Source: Eledone cirrhosa
Taxonomy: Eukaryota
Direction: 5' to 3'
Assembly (NCBI GenBank): GCA_964016885.1
Contig: OZ024742.1
Location: 54,746,001-54,810,000 of the forward strand
DNA length: 64,000 bases
The notes under the pieces were generated by a model. It had not been told where the DNA came from. It saw only the letters and a program-made list of their open reading frames with translations, and made no database searches. Made by a program: the position numbers and the translations under genes. The first letter of the stretch is position 1, and the number at the start of each line of letters is the position of its first letter. Below, one piece after another: positions 1 through 13,848 of this stretch.

Positions 1-377
1 TCTGTTTGTAGTTTTCTTTTTGTGGTTGGGGTTTGTGATTCTGGTGGTGTGGGTGTTTGCTTTGTTGGTGAAGTGTTTGGTTGGGTTGGTAGTGATTGTG
101 TTGTTGGTGTGTTTGACGTTTGGGGCGTTGTGTTTATTGTGTGTGCGCCCTTTTCTGTAGATGTTTTTGTTTTTGCGTTGTTTTTGTCTCTTTTTTGTTT
201 TTTCAATTTTTGGGGTTCCACTTCATCCTCACTTGGAGATGTAGAGGTTCCCGTGTCTGTGACTTCTGAATCAGGGGTAGATGGGAGGGTTATGTTGTGT
301 CGTGGAGTGTTTGTGCAGGTGTTTGTGGAAGTATTTGAGAGGGAGGGAGGAGGAAATGGAGGGTTTTTCAGTGAGAT

Positions 378-1274
378 TTAGTGTGTGTGGTTGTCTCTGG
401 TCTGTGATGGTGTGGGAGTGGATGTTGCAGGTTTTTGTGTTGTGTTTGGTTTGGGGTGTTGATGTTGGGGTTTTGGTGTTGGTAATAACACCTTGTTTGT
501 CCTCGGTTTGTTTAAGAGAGGGCAAAAGGCCATTAAGTGTGCGGTTTTCCCACACTTATGGCACTGAGATCTTTTCCCCTCCACTAAAATGGAGATGACA
601 TCTTCCTCAAGGACGATCCTGTCCGGGATTTTCTCAAATCTGTCTAGCCTCAATTATACCAGAACCTCGATGCAGGTTCCAAACCAGTTATTCCGGTCTG
701 TTCTGTCTATAGAAAGGAGGGTGTCCTCATTCTTCTTCAGGATGCAGCGTAGGATCGACCTTATGTTGACCTCTGCTGGGATCCTGGTTATTTTTATTTT
801 GTAGGATATTCTTCCCATGTATGTGGGGAAGAAGATGTGTTGATCCGTTTTTATTGGGTGAACCGAGTGTTTTTGAGCCAGAGTTTCGCTCTTAAAGAGC
901 ACTGACACACTTCCATAATGTTTAGCTCTTTAGAGGTATGCCACGTCTGGCTTGATATTTTTTAGTGCGTTATGGGTTTTTTGGTAATGATGCCAACTGT
1001 CTGTAGATCACTTTCTTTTTCTGTGTCATCTCTCTTACTTGTGGGGATATGTGTATGTGTGGGGTGTCTTCCTCAAACGTTACATCGTTGGAAACTTCTT
1101 TAAAGTATTTGGACTCTTGTGAAATATCCATGGGGTAATATTTAAAATCCTGTTGCTTAGCAACGGTTGTTGCAAATGAAATTTTGTTATTGTTATTGTT
1201 GGTGGTGATGATGGTCTCATTCGTTGTGTTGCCGCCGATTCCTTTTGTTGTATTGTTGTTGTTCTCATTTATTG

Positions 1275-1310
<36 letters not shown>

Positions 1311-1467
1311 CGCTTGTGGTGGTGTTAGTATTTGCTACACATTCTTCCTTCTGTGTGTGGATACATGTGACGTTTGTGACGTCAGGCGTGTTCAGTTGCT
1401 TACAAGCAACTGAAGCTTGTTCCTCTTCTAAATGTTGAGGCGATAATGTTGGCATTCCTGTGTCCAT
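378..1467 (-). pseudogene. Degenerate gag-like ORF1 of a non-LTR retrotransposon with a CCHC zinc knuckle
   Basis: Minus-strand ORFs 970-1467, 654-908 and 378-653 are broken by a frameshift and a stop. The last encodes CHKCGKTAHLMAFC (CX2CX4HX4C) followed by a low-complexity Thr/Pro/Lys tail. Confidence 0.7.
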
Positions 1468-1869
1468 GTCTGCTACTACCTGCTGGTCAAGTAAGCATGG
1501 CTTTCCCTCCCATCTTCATGTAACGACAAAGAAGAAAGTGCCTTTGCTTCGGGCATTTTTTGAAATTGAAGTGTTTTGAAAACATATTTTCGAAAATAAT
1601 TTGGATGTTTTTGCCCTGAGGGGCACGATATTTTGGGAGACTAACCAGATCAAAATTTGACCTGTCAGTCCCTCTACACATTGGTATAAACATAAAAGTT
1701 CACAATGACGACTTTCTAAAGAAATTTAAACAAAACTTACCGAGTAAGTTTGACACGTGCCCATCCCAGAATAAGATAGGCGTCAAATAGGATTTAATGG
1801 AGGAAGGGGGGGGGGTGAGGAGTTAGTAATTAATCTATAAATGTTTAATATAAACCCTAGACCCTTACC

Positions 1870-2297
1870 TCCAAGGCTTCTTCTTTTTGGCCAGCCTGAC
1901 TGCTCTCGGGAAGAAAGAGGGTGGCATATACCCCATCACTGTGGGGAATGTCTTCCGGAGGCTGGCTGCCAAGGTGGTCTGCAGGTCCGTCATATCTGAA
2001 CTCGGCGAGGAGCTCAGCCCAGTGCAACTAGGGATCATCGTGTCCAATGGGAGTGAGACAGTTGCACATGTAGCTAGGCAGTTCTTCAACAGCTGCCCAT
2101 CAGAAATGGCGTCGAGGGTCTCCAAGCACTTCATTGTCAAGCTTGACATGAGGAATGCCTTCAACTGCCTACCCTGTGACCATCTGCTTGAGGCCCGCCT
2201 CAACCGAGCTCCCTCAGCTCTACCTGTCGTATGAAGCCCCGAGCATCCTCCTTGCTGCTGACACGGTCATACCTTCAGCCACTGGGGTCCAACAGGG
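1870..2297 (+). pseudogene. Reverse transcriptase fragment of a CRE-clade (RLE-type) non-LTR retrotransposon
   Basis: Encodes LTALGKKEGGIYPITVGNVFRRLAAK...PVQLGI..NGSE.VAH..R...VKLDMRNAFN, then after a frameshift SATGVQQG. It is truncated before the catalytic DD motif. Confidence 0.8.
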
Positions 2298-2372
2298 TAA
2301 TAATTATAATAATTTCAAACATAAAAATCTATATAAAGTATAAAAGAATATATTTAAATCTAGATAATACAA

Positions 2373-3217
<845 letters not shown>

Positions 3218-3265
3218 TATATATATATATACACACATACACACACACATTAAAACACGCACGCA

Positions 3266-3341
<76 letters not shown>

Positions 3342-3456
3342 CGTACATACACATATATACATATACATATGTAAGTATGTGTTATATCGAACATTAATAA
3401 TCAGGTTCGATTCGTTTGCAAACAAAGGGCACGATTTGAATAGTGGCTCTGAGGAG

Positions 3457-3497
3457 CAATCAACATTTTTCTGGGTCATTCCCCTTCCTCAGGACTG
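3457..3497 (-). ncRNA. Type I hammerhead motif (decayed stem III)
   Basis: Minus strand reads CAGTC CTGAGGA A GGGG AATG ACCC A GAAA AATG TT GATTG. Confidence 0.55.
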
Positions 3498-3606
3498 TAT
3501 ACCTCTGCCATGCTGTTGAACGGTTGAAAATATATAGTATTTTGTTAAGTACACATCTTCAAATCGGGCCGTTTGTTTACAGTGAATCGAGCATTATAAT
3601 TACTTA

Positions 3607-3705
3607 AGGTTAACTTTGCCTTTCATCCTTACAGGGTCGATAAAATAAAGTACCAGTAATACACTGTGATAATTGCTGGCCTTGTGCCAAAAGTAGAAAC
3701 AATTA
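3607..3705 (+). mobile_element. tRNA-derived SINE, 3' half
   Basis: aggttaactttgcctttcatccttacagggtcgataaaataaagtaccagt...aagtagaaacaatta matches the full-length copies in this window. Confidence 0.85.
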
Positions 3706-3760
3706 TAATTAATTCTCGATGTCACCAATACATACATATGTATAATTATATATGTGTATG

Positions 3761-3880
<120 letters not shown>

Positions 3881-4061
3881 TGTACATACTTACATCTATG
3901 TATCAGCTGCGCTAGGCCAGGAAATAAAATTCTCATTTTATCTGTAATATTTCGTAAGGCCAGCCGTAACACGCTCGGTATACAAACGAGGTTACTCAGC
4001 CAATGTGTACTTAAGAAAATACTATATATTTTGAACCATTCAAGAGATTGGCAGAGGTATA

Positions 4062-4102
4062 CAGTCCTGATGAAGGGTAATGACCCCAAAACATGTCGAT
4101 TG
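4062..4102 (+). ncRNA. Type I hammerhead motif (G12 mutated)
   Basis: CAGTC CTGATGA A GGGT AATG ACCC C AAAA CATG TC GATTG; stem I CAGTC/GATTG, palindromic stem III, GUC site. Confidence 0.65.
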
Positions 4103-4291
4103 TTCCTCAAAGCCAATGTTTAAAAAACAGGTAACAATCAGTCACTGGTACGGCACAGCTTCAAACCAGGCCGTTTGTTTACAAACCAATCGAACATTAT
4201 TATTAATGTTCCATATAACCCATACGTACATATGTATATATATATATGTGTATGTATGTATGTATGTATATATCTATCTCTCTATATATAT

Positions 4292-4662
4292 ATCAAAATG
4301 AAAATCCGAAGGCAAGGTAAAATTCCAATCATTTAATCACGACACATGTTTCAATAAGAGATAGATCGATTGTGAAGCCATGATCGATTAACACTGAGCT
4401 CATCAGGTGAAAATGAATTGTCTTCAAATTCTTTATATGAGGGAGAAAAAATAACGATGTTCTCTCACAGAATTCATTCCCTCATATGTGGGAGAACATC
4501 GTTATTTTTCTCCCTCATATAAAGAATTTGAAGACAATTCATTTTCACCTGATGAGATCAGTGATAATCGATCATGGCTTCACAATCGATCTATCTCTTA
4601 TTGAAACATGTGCCGTGATTAAATGATTGGAATTTTACCTTGCCTTCGGATTTTCATTTTGA
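4292..4662. mobile_element. Near-perfect 370 bp palindrome of an HHR-bearing non-coding element
   Basis: 4292-4465 is the reverse complement of 4491-4662 with only a few mismatches and a ~26 nt spacer. Confidence 0.9.
4338..4409 (-). ncRNA. Type I hammerhead ribozyme with intact core
   Basis: CAC CTGATGA [long stem II containing ATCGAT/ATCGAT] GAAA CATGTG TC GTG. The plus-arm copy at 4546-4617 has GCC instead of GUC. Confidence 0.75.
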
Positions 4663-4804
4663 TACTTATACTCCGTTTTACATCATCTAGCTGTTCCCTC
4701 GAATGGAATTGGAGATATACAAAAGCGTGGAGAACTTAATATTGCTAACGTAAAGTTATTGGACCTTTTTACACAACCAATAATGCACCTTACTATATAA
4801 CATC

Positions 4805-4859
<55 letters not shown>

Positions 4860-4867
<8 letters not shown>

Positions 4868-4995
4868 TTGTAAAACGTAAACAGAAATAGCAACACAATC
4901 GGTACAGTATATGGAAGAAATATATTAGGTTAACGCTTGATATAGCAGGAAGAGGGTCATAACGTTTCGGACGCTAGTCCTTCATCAGAAGAAAG
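4860..4995 (-). mobile_element. PLE pLTR fragment with a minimal hammerhead (4957-4991)
   Basis: Minus strand CTGATGA A GGAC TAGC GTCC GAAA CGT TA; same family as 63560-63680 (+). Confidence 0.7.
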
Positions 4996-5085
4996 AATGA
5001 GTATATTGTATATTGCCAAATATACTATACATACATTCATGTATACATCAGTATTTCAGAGCTGCTATATATATATGATATATAT

Positions 5086-5134
5086 GATTCCTGATGATTT
5101 CTAAAGAATGAAACAGTTCTAGTCCTGTAGAATC
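5086..5134 (+). ncRNA. Complete type I hammerhead ribozyme
   Basis: GATTC CTGATGA T TTCT AA AGAA T GAAA CAG TTCTAGTC CTG TA GAATC; all three stems pair and the cleavage site is GUA. Confidence 0.85.
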
Positions 5135-5956
5135 TCAACTATATTAAAACTTTTATACTCTGCTATGTATTGAGTACCTTACTTACTGTGGTTACCTCCG
5201 ATTCAACCCGGAATAACGTATATATATATATTGCTGCTCTGAAATACCGATGTATACATGAATGTATGTATAGTATATTTGGCAATATACTGTATGTTTA
5301 ATTTAAAATATTTTGAAGACCATTTGCTATGAATTTTAAAGTAGTGACTATGCAACAGCAAAGAATAATGACAGACAGTCTTTTTGTTACTCGTTATCCT
5401 TTATCAAGACCACTCACTCCTTCGCTTCTGTCAACAGTTATAGAAGCTGAATCTTATAGAATTCCACTAATATTTATGAGCTGGGTAATCTTTTTTATGA
5501 ATGAAAGTTTGCGGACAGAGTTATACAATGTAGTAATAAATCCATATTTAACCTATCGTAATTTCCAAATTAAGAATATCCTTTTAATAGAAGGATTGAC
5601 GTCATTGTATATATCTGCAAGGTGCTTACTTCACTAAAAGGAGATAAGACTACTGTAGTATTCACCTTATATTATTTCATTCGTGTATTGGAAAACAAGA
5701 CTAATAATTTTAGTAAAATATTTCATAAATGGATATTGTTTTTCGTTAGAATTTCATAACATCCATATGCGTACGATAAGAACGGCAATATATCTAAGTA
5801 AACATCAATCCTAACGGTGAATCTTTGAAGAATTGGCAACATAGATGGGAAAGTTGTTACTTCAAATAAAATGTACCGTACTTTATTTGAAAATCCGAAG
5901 TTCTAATAAAGATGTTGAAACATGGAAACAAGTATAAAAGAAGATCTATTTTACTC

Positions 5957-6037
<81 letters not shown>

Positions 6038-6086
6038 AAGAAGAACGGTGAAGCCTCGTTTACATGTATCCAGATCTTTATTGTGT

Positions 6087-6167
6087 ATCGACTGCGTTTC
6101 GCCGAGGAATTAAGGGTCACCGATAGAAGTTATGAACACAACTCCATTCTCGATCTGCTCTTCTGAC
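6087..6167 (-). ncRNA. Degenerate hammerhead-like motif in a short element between microsatellites
   Basis: CAGAAGA GC..CGAG...CTCG GC GAAA CGCA GTC GAT; core U4 is mutated and stem I is weak. Confidence 0.4.
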
Positions 6168-6178
6168 TGGCTATGAGA

Positions 6179-6289
<111 letters not shown>

Positions 6290-6639
6290 ACAGAAAGAGA
6301 GTGGGTAAGTTAAATCCCACTGCAACTCAAGCGGTTTTGACTTGTATCCAGCTGAATACAAGCCTACACCGCTTGGTGTGTTGTCGGGATTTTACCTTCC
6401 TCTGTACTCATTCTGCTTTTCCCCATGCATGGAGTGCTCCCTGATTTATGGTCTCACTACCCCATACTCTCTAAAATTATTTACGTGAGTGACATTTTAA
6501 TCTAAGCATATATTTAATATACGCAAGGATCTAATATTAATGTGAATGTGTGAACATGTGTATCAATCTGTCTTTCTGTAATATTTATTTTCGTATATAT
6601 GTGCTTATGTGTCTGAGAAGACGTGACAGTTTTTACGAA

Positions 6640-6762
6640 TTCCAGCTCAGGAAGGTGGAAGTCTATTCAAGGCGACGCATTGTGTCCTCAAGCAAGACAT
6701 TTTATTTCACCGTGCTAGGATCCATTTAGCTGGCAAAATGTATACCCTTATTTGAAAGAGTC
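6640..6762 (+). mobile_element. Fragment of a second SINE-like repeat
   Basis: tgtgtcctcaagcaagacattttatttcac resembles a SINE central domain; a related short inverted stretch lies near 59230-59250. Confidence 0.4.
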
Positions 6763-7399
6763 AGACCCCTAGGGTCCTGACGCCCCTCCCCACACAGCAG
6801 ACAATTGCCTGCCCATTGCACTCATCCCGATAAAACTGTTTTTTGCTTAGCCTTCCAGCCGTCACTTTCTCAAAAAAACTGAGCTCTTTCAATATGAATG
6901 ACTAAAGCCCAATAGGCTAAAGCATGCTTTTTGTGTTTCTAACAGGCGTTTGTTCGTCTCTTTATGTTGATTCTTATAAAATACATGATATATAAGCTAA
7001 AAGATAAGTAACATGTGATTCAAGTGATACCAACCAACTATTTTATTCCTCGTGCTTATCGGATGAGTTTATATTATGAAATTTAACTTTTAAATAGAAA
7101 CATAAACATTAGTCATCATTAATAAATTCAACGAAAATATAGTATTTCCTCATTAAACAAGAAAATAACGAGTAAAGTATAGTGCAGGTAAAGCAGTTAA
7201 TGTATAATTAATCCTTCCTAAACTCATTTAGTTTTTTAAGTTGCAATTGTATGAGGATGTGTAATAGATAGTAAATACTGTACACACGTAACACATTTTA
7301 AAATCAGAATTAGGTGTATATCCCCCTCCCCTCGTTCTATCTCTATATATAATAGACAATAATAACAAATACATAAACACATACCAGTGAACAAAGATA

Positions 7400-7715
7400 G
7401 AATACAAAAACAAAAACACATACACTCAAACACGAACTCCAACCATTAAACACACACGCAACCGCATGCGCAAACTGAGACAGAGACAAGAAGAAATAAA
7501 TAAATAAATAAATAAATAAAATAAAAATGGCGTAGGCATTACAATACAACGGGAGGAAACATAATAGTATCATTGATGATGTCGCAGATGTGTGACGAAA
7601 GAACTTTGATAGTCTATATACATATATTTATATCTGTAATTTTTAACCGTTGGTCAATGAATCATAAACATTGATTGCCAGAAAAAATAAACTATGGTGA
7701 TATAAAAAATAACTA
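7400..7715 (+). mobile_element. Solo pLTR/3' end of the PLE family at 48450-49778, with HHR variant at 7569-7610
   Basis: Aligns by eye to 49420-49640. Motif ATCA TTGATGA T GTCGCA GATG TGTGAC GAAA GAAC TT TGAT. Confidence 0.75.
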
Positions 7716-7733
7716 TGAACTATTCCGCCGACC

Positions 7734-7769
<36 letters not shown>

Positions 7770-7820
7770 GAATAAGTAAAAGCGAAGTAGTTTCAGATGT
7801 TCAAGTCCTTTAATAATAAT

Positions 7821-7892
7821 CTGTGATATATATTTCAATGACGACACTGGCCACACTGTTCTGTGTGCGAGTGTCGTGACATCATCAGACAG
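7821..7892 (-). ncRNA. Type I hammerhead ribozyme with intact core
   Basis: CTGT CTGATGA [ACGACACT..CACAC/GTGTG..AGTGTCGT] GAAA TATATA TC ACAG; AUC site, palindromic stem III. Confidence 0.8.
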
Positions 7893-8445
7893 CTTGTTAC
7901 ATAATAAGGTAATGTTTCCGAGGCAATCCAAGTTGAATCGACATGGGAACGGACGAAGTGTGTGCTTTTGGGTTCTTCATCCGTTCCCCTGTGAGTACCA
8001 ATTCACCCCCACCGGTCTGCGCAGGCGCATGTCCGAAGGCAGTTGACCATTAGCTACCGCCGTTTTCAACGAAATTCGCTTAGTCAGTTCACCCTCTCAG
8101 CCAAACAATGACCCATTTAGGCATGGACCATAGTTTACTGCTACCTGTCCCGTCTGTGGCAGTCAGTCCAAAGCCAGAGGGGATGGGAGAGTGTTAGTTT
8201 TTACAGGTCACAATACTACCTCTCACCAAGCATGGACAGTACGACTGACCATCAACTCCCAAGAGAAAATATACTTAATTCTAGGTATCATGGTTTTACA
8301 TTGGAAGTTAGGAGTGAGAGTTGGAAATAAAAATTAAAATCCTAAATCAAAAATTATAAAGTAAACAATTAAAAGATTAAAAATTAGAAGTATATATATT
8401 AGAAGTATATATATTTATATATATATATATATATATATATAAATT

Positions 8446-8695
8446 GGAAAATGGTTAACCCCGACGGCAGAGATCAAGCCGTTTCGACGGCTAATTCTGG
8501 ACTAAATTAGAATTTTTAACGCGGTAATAAATAGCTATTTGTAAACGGCTATTTATTACCACGCTAAACGTTATAATTTAGTGCAAAAATAGCCGTCGGG
8601 GTTAAACATTTTCCTATTCCCCACTCTAATACCCTAAGTATTAAGTACTCTGGTGTGTTATGGTCCATCTGGTTCCTTACCACACTTCCTTCGTT
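8446..8695. mobile_element. Fold-back copy of a dispersed pLTR-like family (also 15056-15115, 19600-19642, 44445-44555, 58438-58582)
   Basis: Nested hairpins 8446-8614 and a shared tail atggtccatctggttccttaccacac. The minus strand holds the 3' half of an HHR: GAAA CGGC...GCCG TC GGGG. Confidence 0.7.
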
Positions 8696-8711
8696 ATATA
8701 TATATATATAT

Positions 8712-9856
8712 ATATTGTTATACTTTGGGAGGGTCATGTTGCCAATAAGAAACACACCCTCCAGTTGTTTTCACTCCAATTTATTATAAATTAAATTTAT
8801 AAATTTAAGAATTTATAAATTTCCGGTTGGTTGGTTGGTTCCACAACCTGACGGCTTTTCATATATTGTCAAAGTTCATTCGTCACACATTCTGTGACCT
8901 CTTCAGTGACTGGGTATTCTTCGCTTTGTTGTGTGCCTCTCCTTTGTTCTGTCCTACGCCATCTTGTTTTTGTGTGTGTTGTGTGCTTAGTTTGCGCATG
9001 TGTTACATCCGGGTGTCTGTGTGTGTTTTTATTTGTTTATTTATTTGTTTATTTACATGTTACTGGTTTTTTGTTGGTTCTATGTGTGTGTGTTTTCATT
9101 TTGTCCGTAATTGTAAGTTGTGATGTTGCTATTCCATTCATGTTTTCTATTTAATTTTGGTTGGAGTTCATTTATGTTTATCGCCTCTGTGATTTGTCTA
9201 AACATTGCGTCTGTTCTGTGTGTAGATTTTATTATTATTTCTATGTTCTCTAATTTGCCCTTATGTTCTATTTTAGCATGTTGGTGGAGTACTGATCATC
9301 TTTTCTATCTTGAAGCTCTCGCCAGTGTTCATTTAATCGTTCTCCTATACTACGAGCTGTCTCACCTATGTACACTATATTATTATCTTTACATTCTCCT
9401 TCAGTACATCTTATGCTATATACTATGTATCTAGTTTTACAGTTAATAGGGGGTTTAGTTTACAAATTAAGCATGTCTTATCTATACAGGGAGGTCTTTG
9501 AGAAGGGTATGTATTATTAATAATTGTTTTTATGGAGGTACCTACTATCTTAATATTTAGTTTAAGTTTATCTAGGGCTCTTCTAAATTTGTAAGCTAGT
9601 TCACCTCTAAGGGTTATATTGATGAACATTACACTCTGCTATTTATTGCTATCATACCATGAGTTTATTCTATTAAGCTTATTCGTAGTTCTTTCTATTC
9701 TATTCCAAAATTTCCTCCTATACAAGGGGCAGGTCCCATTTGTATCATTGTTTACCATTTTTTCCCATTTGGTTCTGGCTCCTCTATATACTCTGATTGT
9801 AACCAGAGAACAACATACGGTGGATGAAGTGTTGTATGTGTCTCTCTAGTTCTTTG
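8712..9856 (-). mobile_element. Inverted, 5'-truncated copy of the adjacent PLE (thumb/linker, GIY-YIG, pLTR)
   Basis: Reverse complement of the 13065-13790 region plus extra linker (KELERHIQHFIHRMLFSGYNQ, CIDKTCLIC, YIGETARS). HHR variant at 8868-8910. Confidence 0.9.
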
Positions 9857-9859
9857 AAC

Positions 9860-12800
9860 AAACAACCAGCCAGTAACATGTAAGTAAACACTAAATAAAG
9901 AAATAAAAACACACACAGACACCCGGATGTAACACATGCGCAAACTAAGTACATAACACACACAAAAACAAGATAGCGTAGGACACAACAAAGGAGAGGC
10001 ACAAAACAAAGCAAAGAATCCCCAGTAACTGAAGATGTCACAGAATGTGTGACGAAAGAACTTTGACAATATAGGAACAACGGTCCCGTTGTGGAACCAA
10101 CCAAAAAACCGGAAATTTATAAATTCTTAAATTTATAAATTTAATTTATAATAAATTGGAGTGAAAGTAACTGGTGCGTGTGTTTCTTATTGGCAACATG
10201 ACCCTCCCAAAGTATAACAATATCGTTTTCAACACACGTTTTCAGATAAAGAATCTTGCTAAACAAATTCAGAAACGAAATAGCGTAAGCCTTAGCCAGG
10301 TTAACAAGATACTGAAAAGCACCATGCTCTGTTGTCTACGAAAAACACTAACATCTCGACAACTACACTTCATAAAAGTATGTGCCTCATCCCGAGTTTA
10401 TACCAACACCATCGATACCGATGTAAGAAGATTACAACTTACCAAAAAACAAGCAGATAGGCTAAAACGAACACCAATTCTAAACAAAAATGATTTACAG
10501 AGAATTAAGTCATCAAGAAAAACATAAGCGTAACCTAATACAAGAAATAACTAAGACACCACACCAAAAGAAAAATTAGAATACATAAACATTATACACG
10601 AAGAAGAAAAGTACATCCTCCAAGAATGCAACAAACACTTTAACAAGAAATTCACGTGGCTCAAACAGATGAAACTAAACCAAGAAACTTCAGAGAATAG
10701 AGATAAATATCCAGATAGGATTGATGGTATAAACGTGGCTGATGTCTCATTAACGGACGAATTCAACAACAACTGCACAAATATATACGGCAACACTACA
10801 GTAGACCCTGATGAACTATCCATATTACAGCTACCACCTAAATATGCCACATATAATAAGGTAAATATGATAATATGCTTTACACAATTACGTTAGAGCC
10901 TCAAAAACAACAACAAAAACAAAAACAAAAGTAACAACATACGCACGCACACACACACAAACAACACGCATCCCAACAACAATAGACACACAGACACAAA
11001 CAACGATAACAACAACAACACAGACAACAACAATAATAACATACACAAAGACAACAACAACAGATACACAGACACAAACAACAATAACAACAACAACACA
11101 CATCAACAACACACTTCAACAACAACAAAAACATACACACATCCTATGCCTCTCACCACCACCACAATCTTTTCAGACACCCAGACACAGAAAACAGATA
11201 ATGACAGTAACACAGAGGTAAGGGAAGTTAATGGGATTGAAAGAAGAATGGAGACTATCGATACTGACGGAGAAAATAACCAGGATTAACACACAGACAC
11301 ACAAAATAGAGTAGATAATAACAATGAGCCAGAGGAAAGAGACAGGAAAAATAATGAGAAACATAGAAACAACCATGAGGCTGTTGGTGGAAATAGAAAT
11401 AGAAACAACACAATTAACAATAACAATAGCAATAGAACACATAACGCAGCAGCCTGGAATTCTACTTTTTATTATCCTCCCGATATGTCCTTCGACCTAC
11501 GACGAGTCCACGCCACGACTTTATCTTTTAACAAACGCACGCAATTGCTGTCGCAGGTCGATGAACAAACAGAAGCACAATTTAATATAGCTAGATCTAA
11601 ACTTAGAAATATTATAGAACAGTATAGCAAGAAGCAAAATAGAATGGAGGCCCAGCAACTGGGAGAAAAATCTGCAAATGGCTTGCGTATGCTCATGCAG
11701 CGCTCAAGTAATGGAGACAATGCATACTTTCCAACAGACAAGTCTGGCAGAATGTCGTTTCACAATCTGTCAAACTACATCCAGGCTATGCAACCCCAAC
11801 CCCACATCACTAATACAAGAGAAGTAATACCACAAGAGCATGAGGATAGGGAGAAAACCCTCAACGCTCATATGATGATGTGGACAAACATAATGCAGCC
11901 CAATAAACGGACTGCCAACAACTTCCAGGCCTGGAACAATGACGTGCCACCGTTGTATCGTCTTCGAAAATACCATAAGACTAACAGTGACCCAGTTACA
12001 GGACCACCAACACAGCCAGTCTTTGGTGTTAACATTGCTAGTAACTACAAAATTTCCTCCTTCCTCTCCCTGATCGTATGCCCTATCATTGAAATGTCCC
12101 CAGATATATGTGACAGCAGGGAGGACCTCCTCAGCAGAATCAGCGAAAATAACCGATCTAGGGACCTAACAGACTGTATAATAGGTAGTATGGATGTTGT
12201 GTCCCTATACCAATCCATTGACGTGGATTCTGCTGTGGAGAAATGCATAGAAATGATCAGTGAGAGCAATATTGAATTCCGTGGGATTGATACCAGTGAG
12301 CTGGGAGTCTGACTTAAGCTTACTTATAGTAATGATTATCTAGATACATAAGACCTCAGCAACCTCTGCCCCACAAGGCCAGAAAGCGGCAGACCACCTA
12401 CCATTAACTCAATGACCAAGAAAACCCACACAGAAAGATGGAACGGGTGGACCAGAGCCATACGGATCCCCGAAAACCAGGATTAACTAAAGAAAATGAT
12501 TGCACATGCGGTGGGGGCCAGTATAAAACAAACCCTGAAGGAACATATGTTCAAATTTAATGGAAAAACATATGCCCAAGAGGAGGGAGCAGCCATTGGT
12601 GTTAGCATTGCAGGTAACATAGCTAACCTATTCATGATATAGTGGGCAATAAACTTAAAGAACAATTAGACGACAACCACCTCTTAACCCTGATAATGTA
12701 CTCTCGCTACGTTGATGATATAAACATCGTAGTAAAAACGCCGCCACTAGAGAACAGTCAGGAATTAGAGAAAAACACCACGGAAAGCATCCAGCAAATA

Positions 12801-13848
12801 GCTGACTCCATCCACCAGAGTATTAGAGTTACTATAGACTACCAAAGCAAACACCCCAACCATCGATTACCTGTACTAGACACAGAGCTGTGGTTAGAAA
12901 CCATTAATAACAAAAAACAAATCCTCTATTCCCATTATGCCAAACCCATGACTTCCAAATATCTGATCCACCAAAACTCAGCTGTTTCGGATCACACCAA
13001 AATCAACATACTGATTGCGGATTTAGTACGGGTAATGAGAAACATGTCCCGCATGTACAACCCCAAAGAACTAGAGAGACACATATAACACTTCATCCAC
13101 CGAAAGATGTACTGAAGGAGAATGTAAAGATAAGAATATAGTGTACATAGCTGAGACAGCTCGTAGTATAGGAGAACGATTAAATGAACACTGGCGTGAG
13201 CTTCAAGTTTGTAATGATTCATCAGTACTCCACCAACATGCTAAAATAGAACATAATAGCAAATTAGAGAACATAGAAATAAAAATAAAATCTACACACA
13301 GAAAAGACGCAATGTTTAGACAAATCACAGAGGCGATAAACATAAATGAACACCAACCAAAATTAAATAGTAAACATGAATGGAATAGCAACATCACAAC
13401 TTACACTTGCGGACAAAATAAAAACACACACACAGAACAAAAAAAAACAACCAGTAACATGTAAATAAACAAATAAATAAACAAATAAAAACACACGCAG
13501 ACACCCGGATGTAACACATGCGCAAACTAAGCACACAACACACACACAAACAAGATGACGTAGGACAGAACAAAGGAGAAGCACAAAACGAAGAGAAGAA
13601 TCCCCAGTCACTGAAGAGGTCACAGAATGCGTGACGAAAGAACGTTGAAAATATATGAAATACCGTGAGGTTGTGGAACCAACCAACCAACCGGAAATTT
13701 ATAAATTTAATTTATAATAAATTGTAGTGAAAGCAACTGGTGCGTGTGATTCTTATTGGCAACATGACCCTCCCAAAGTATAACAATATCAGTTTCAACA
13801 CACGTTTTCAGATAAAAAATCTTGCTAAACAAATTCAGAAACGAAATA
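9860..13848 (+). mobile_element. Near full-length Penelope-like retroelement with direct pLTRs (~9860-10280, ~13440-13848)
   Basis: Direct terminal repeats carry HHR variants at 10025-10067 and 13607-13649 and flank an RT plus GIY-YIG ORF. The element ends at a (TA)n tract. Confidence 0.92.
10198..13464 (+). pseudogene. PLE polyprotein (RT + GIY-YIG endonuclease), disrupted
   Basis: ATG inside the pLTR (MTLPKYNN). Motifs PTDKSGR, SMDVVSLYQSID, FKFNGKTYAQEEGAAIG, RYVDDI, LPVLD, YAKPM, YIAETARSIGERLNEH, RQITEAINI..PKLN. Several stops, frameshifts and a ~400 bp deletion at 13102/13103. Confidence 0.9.
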
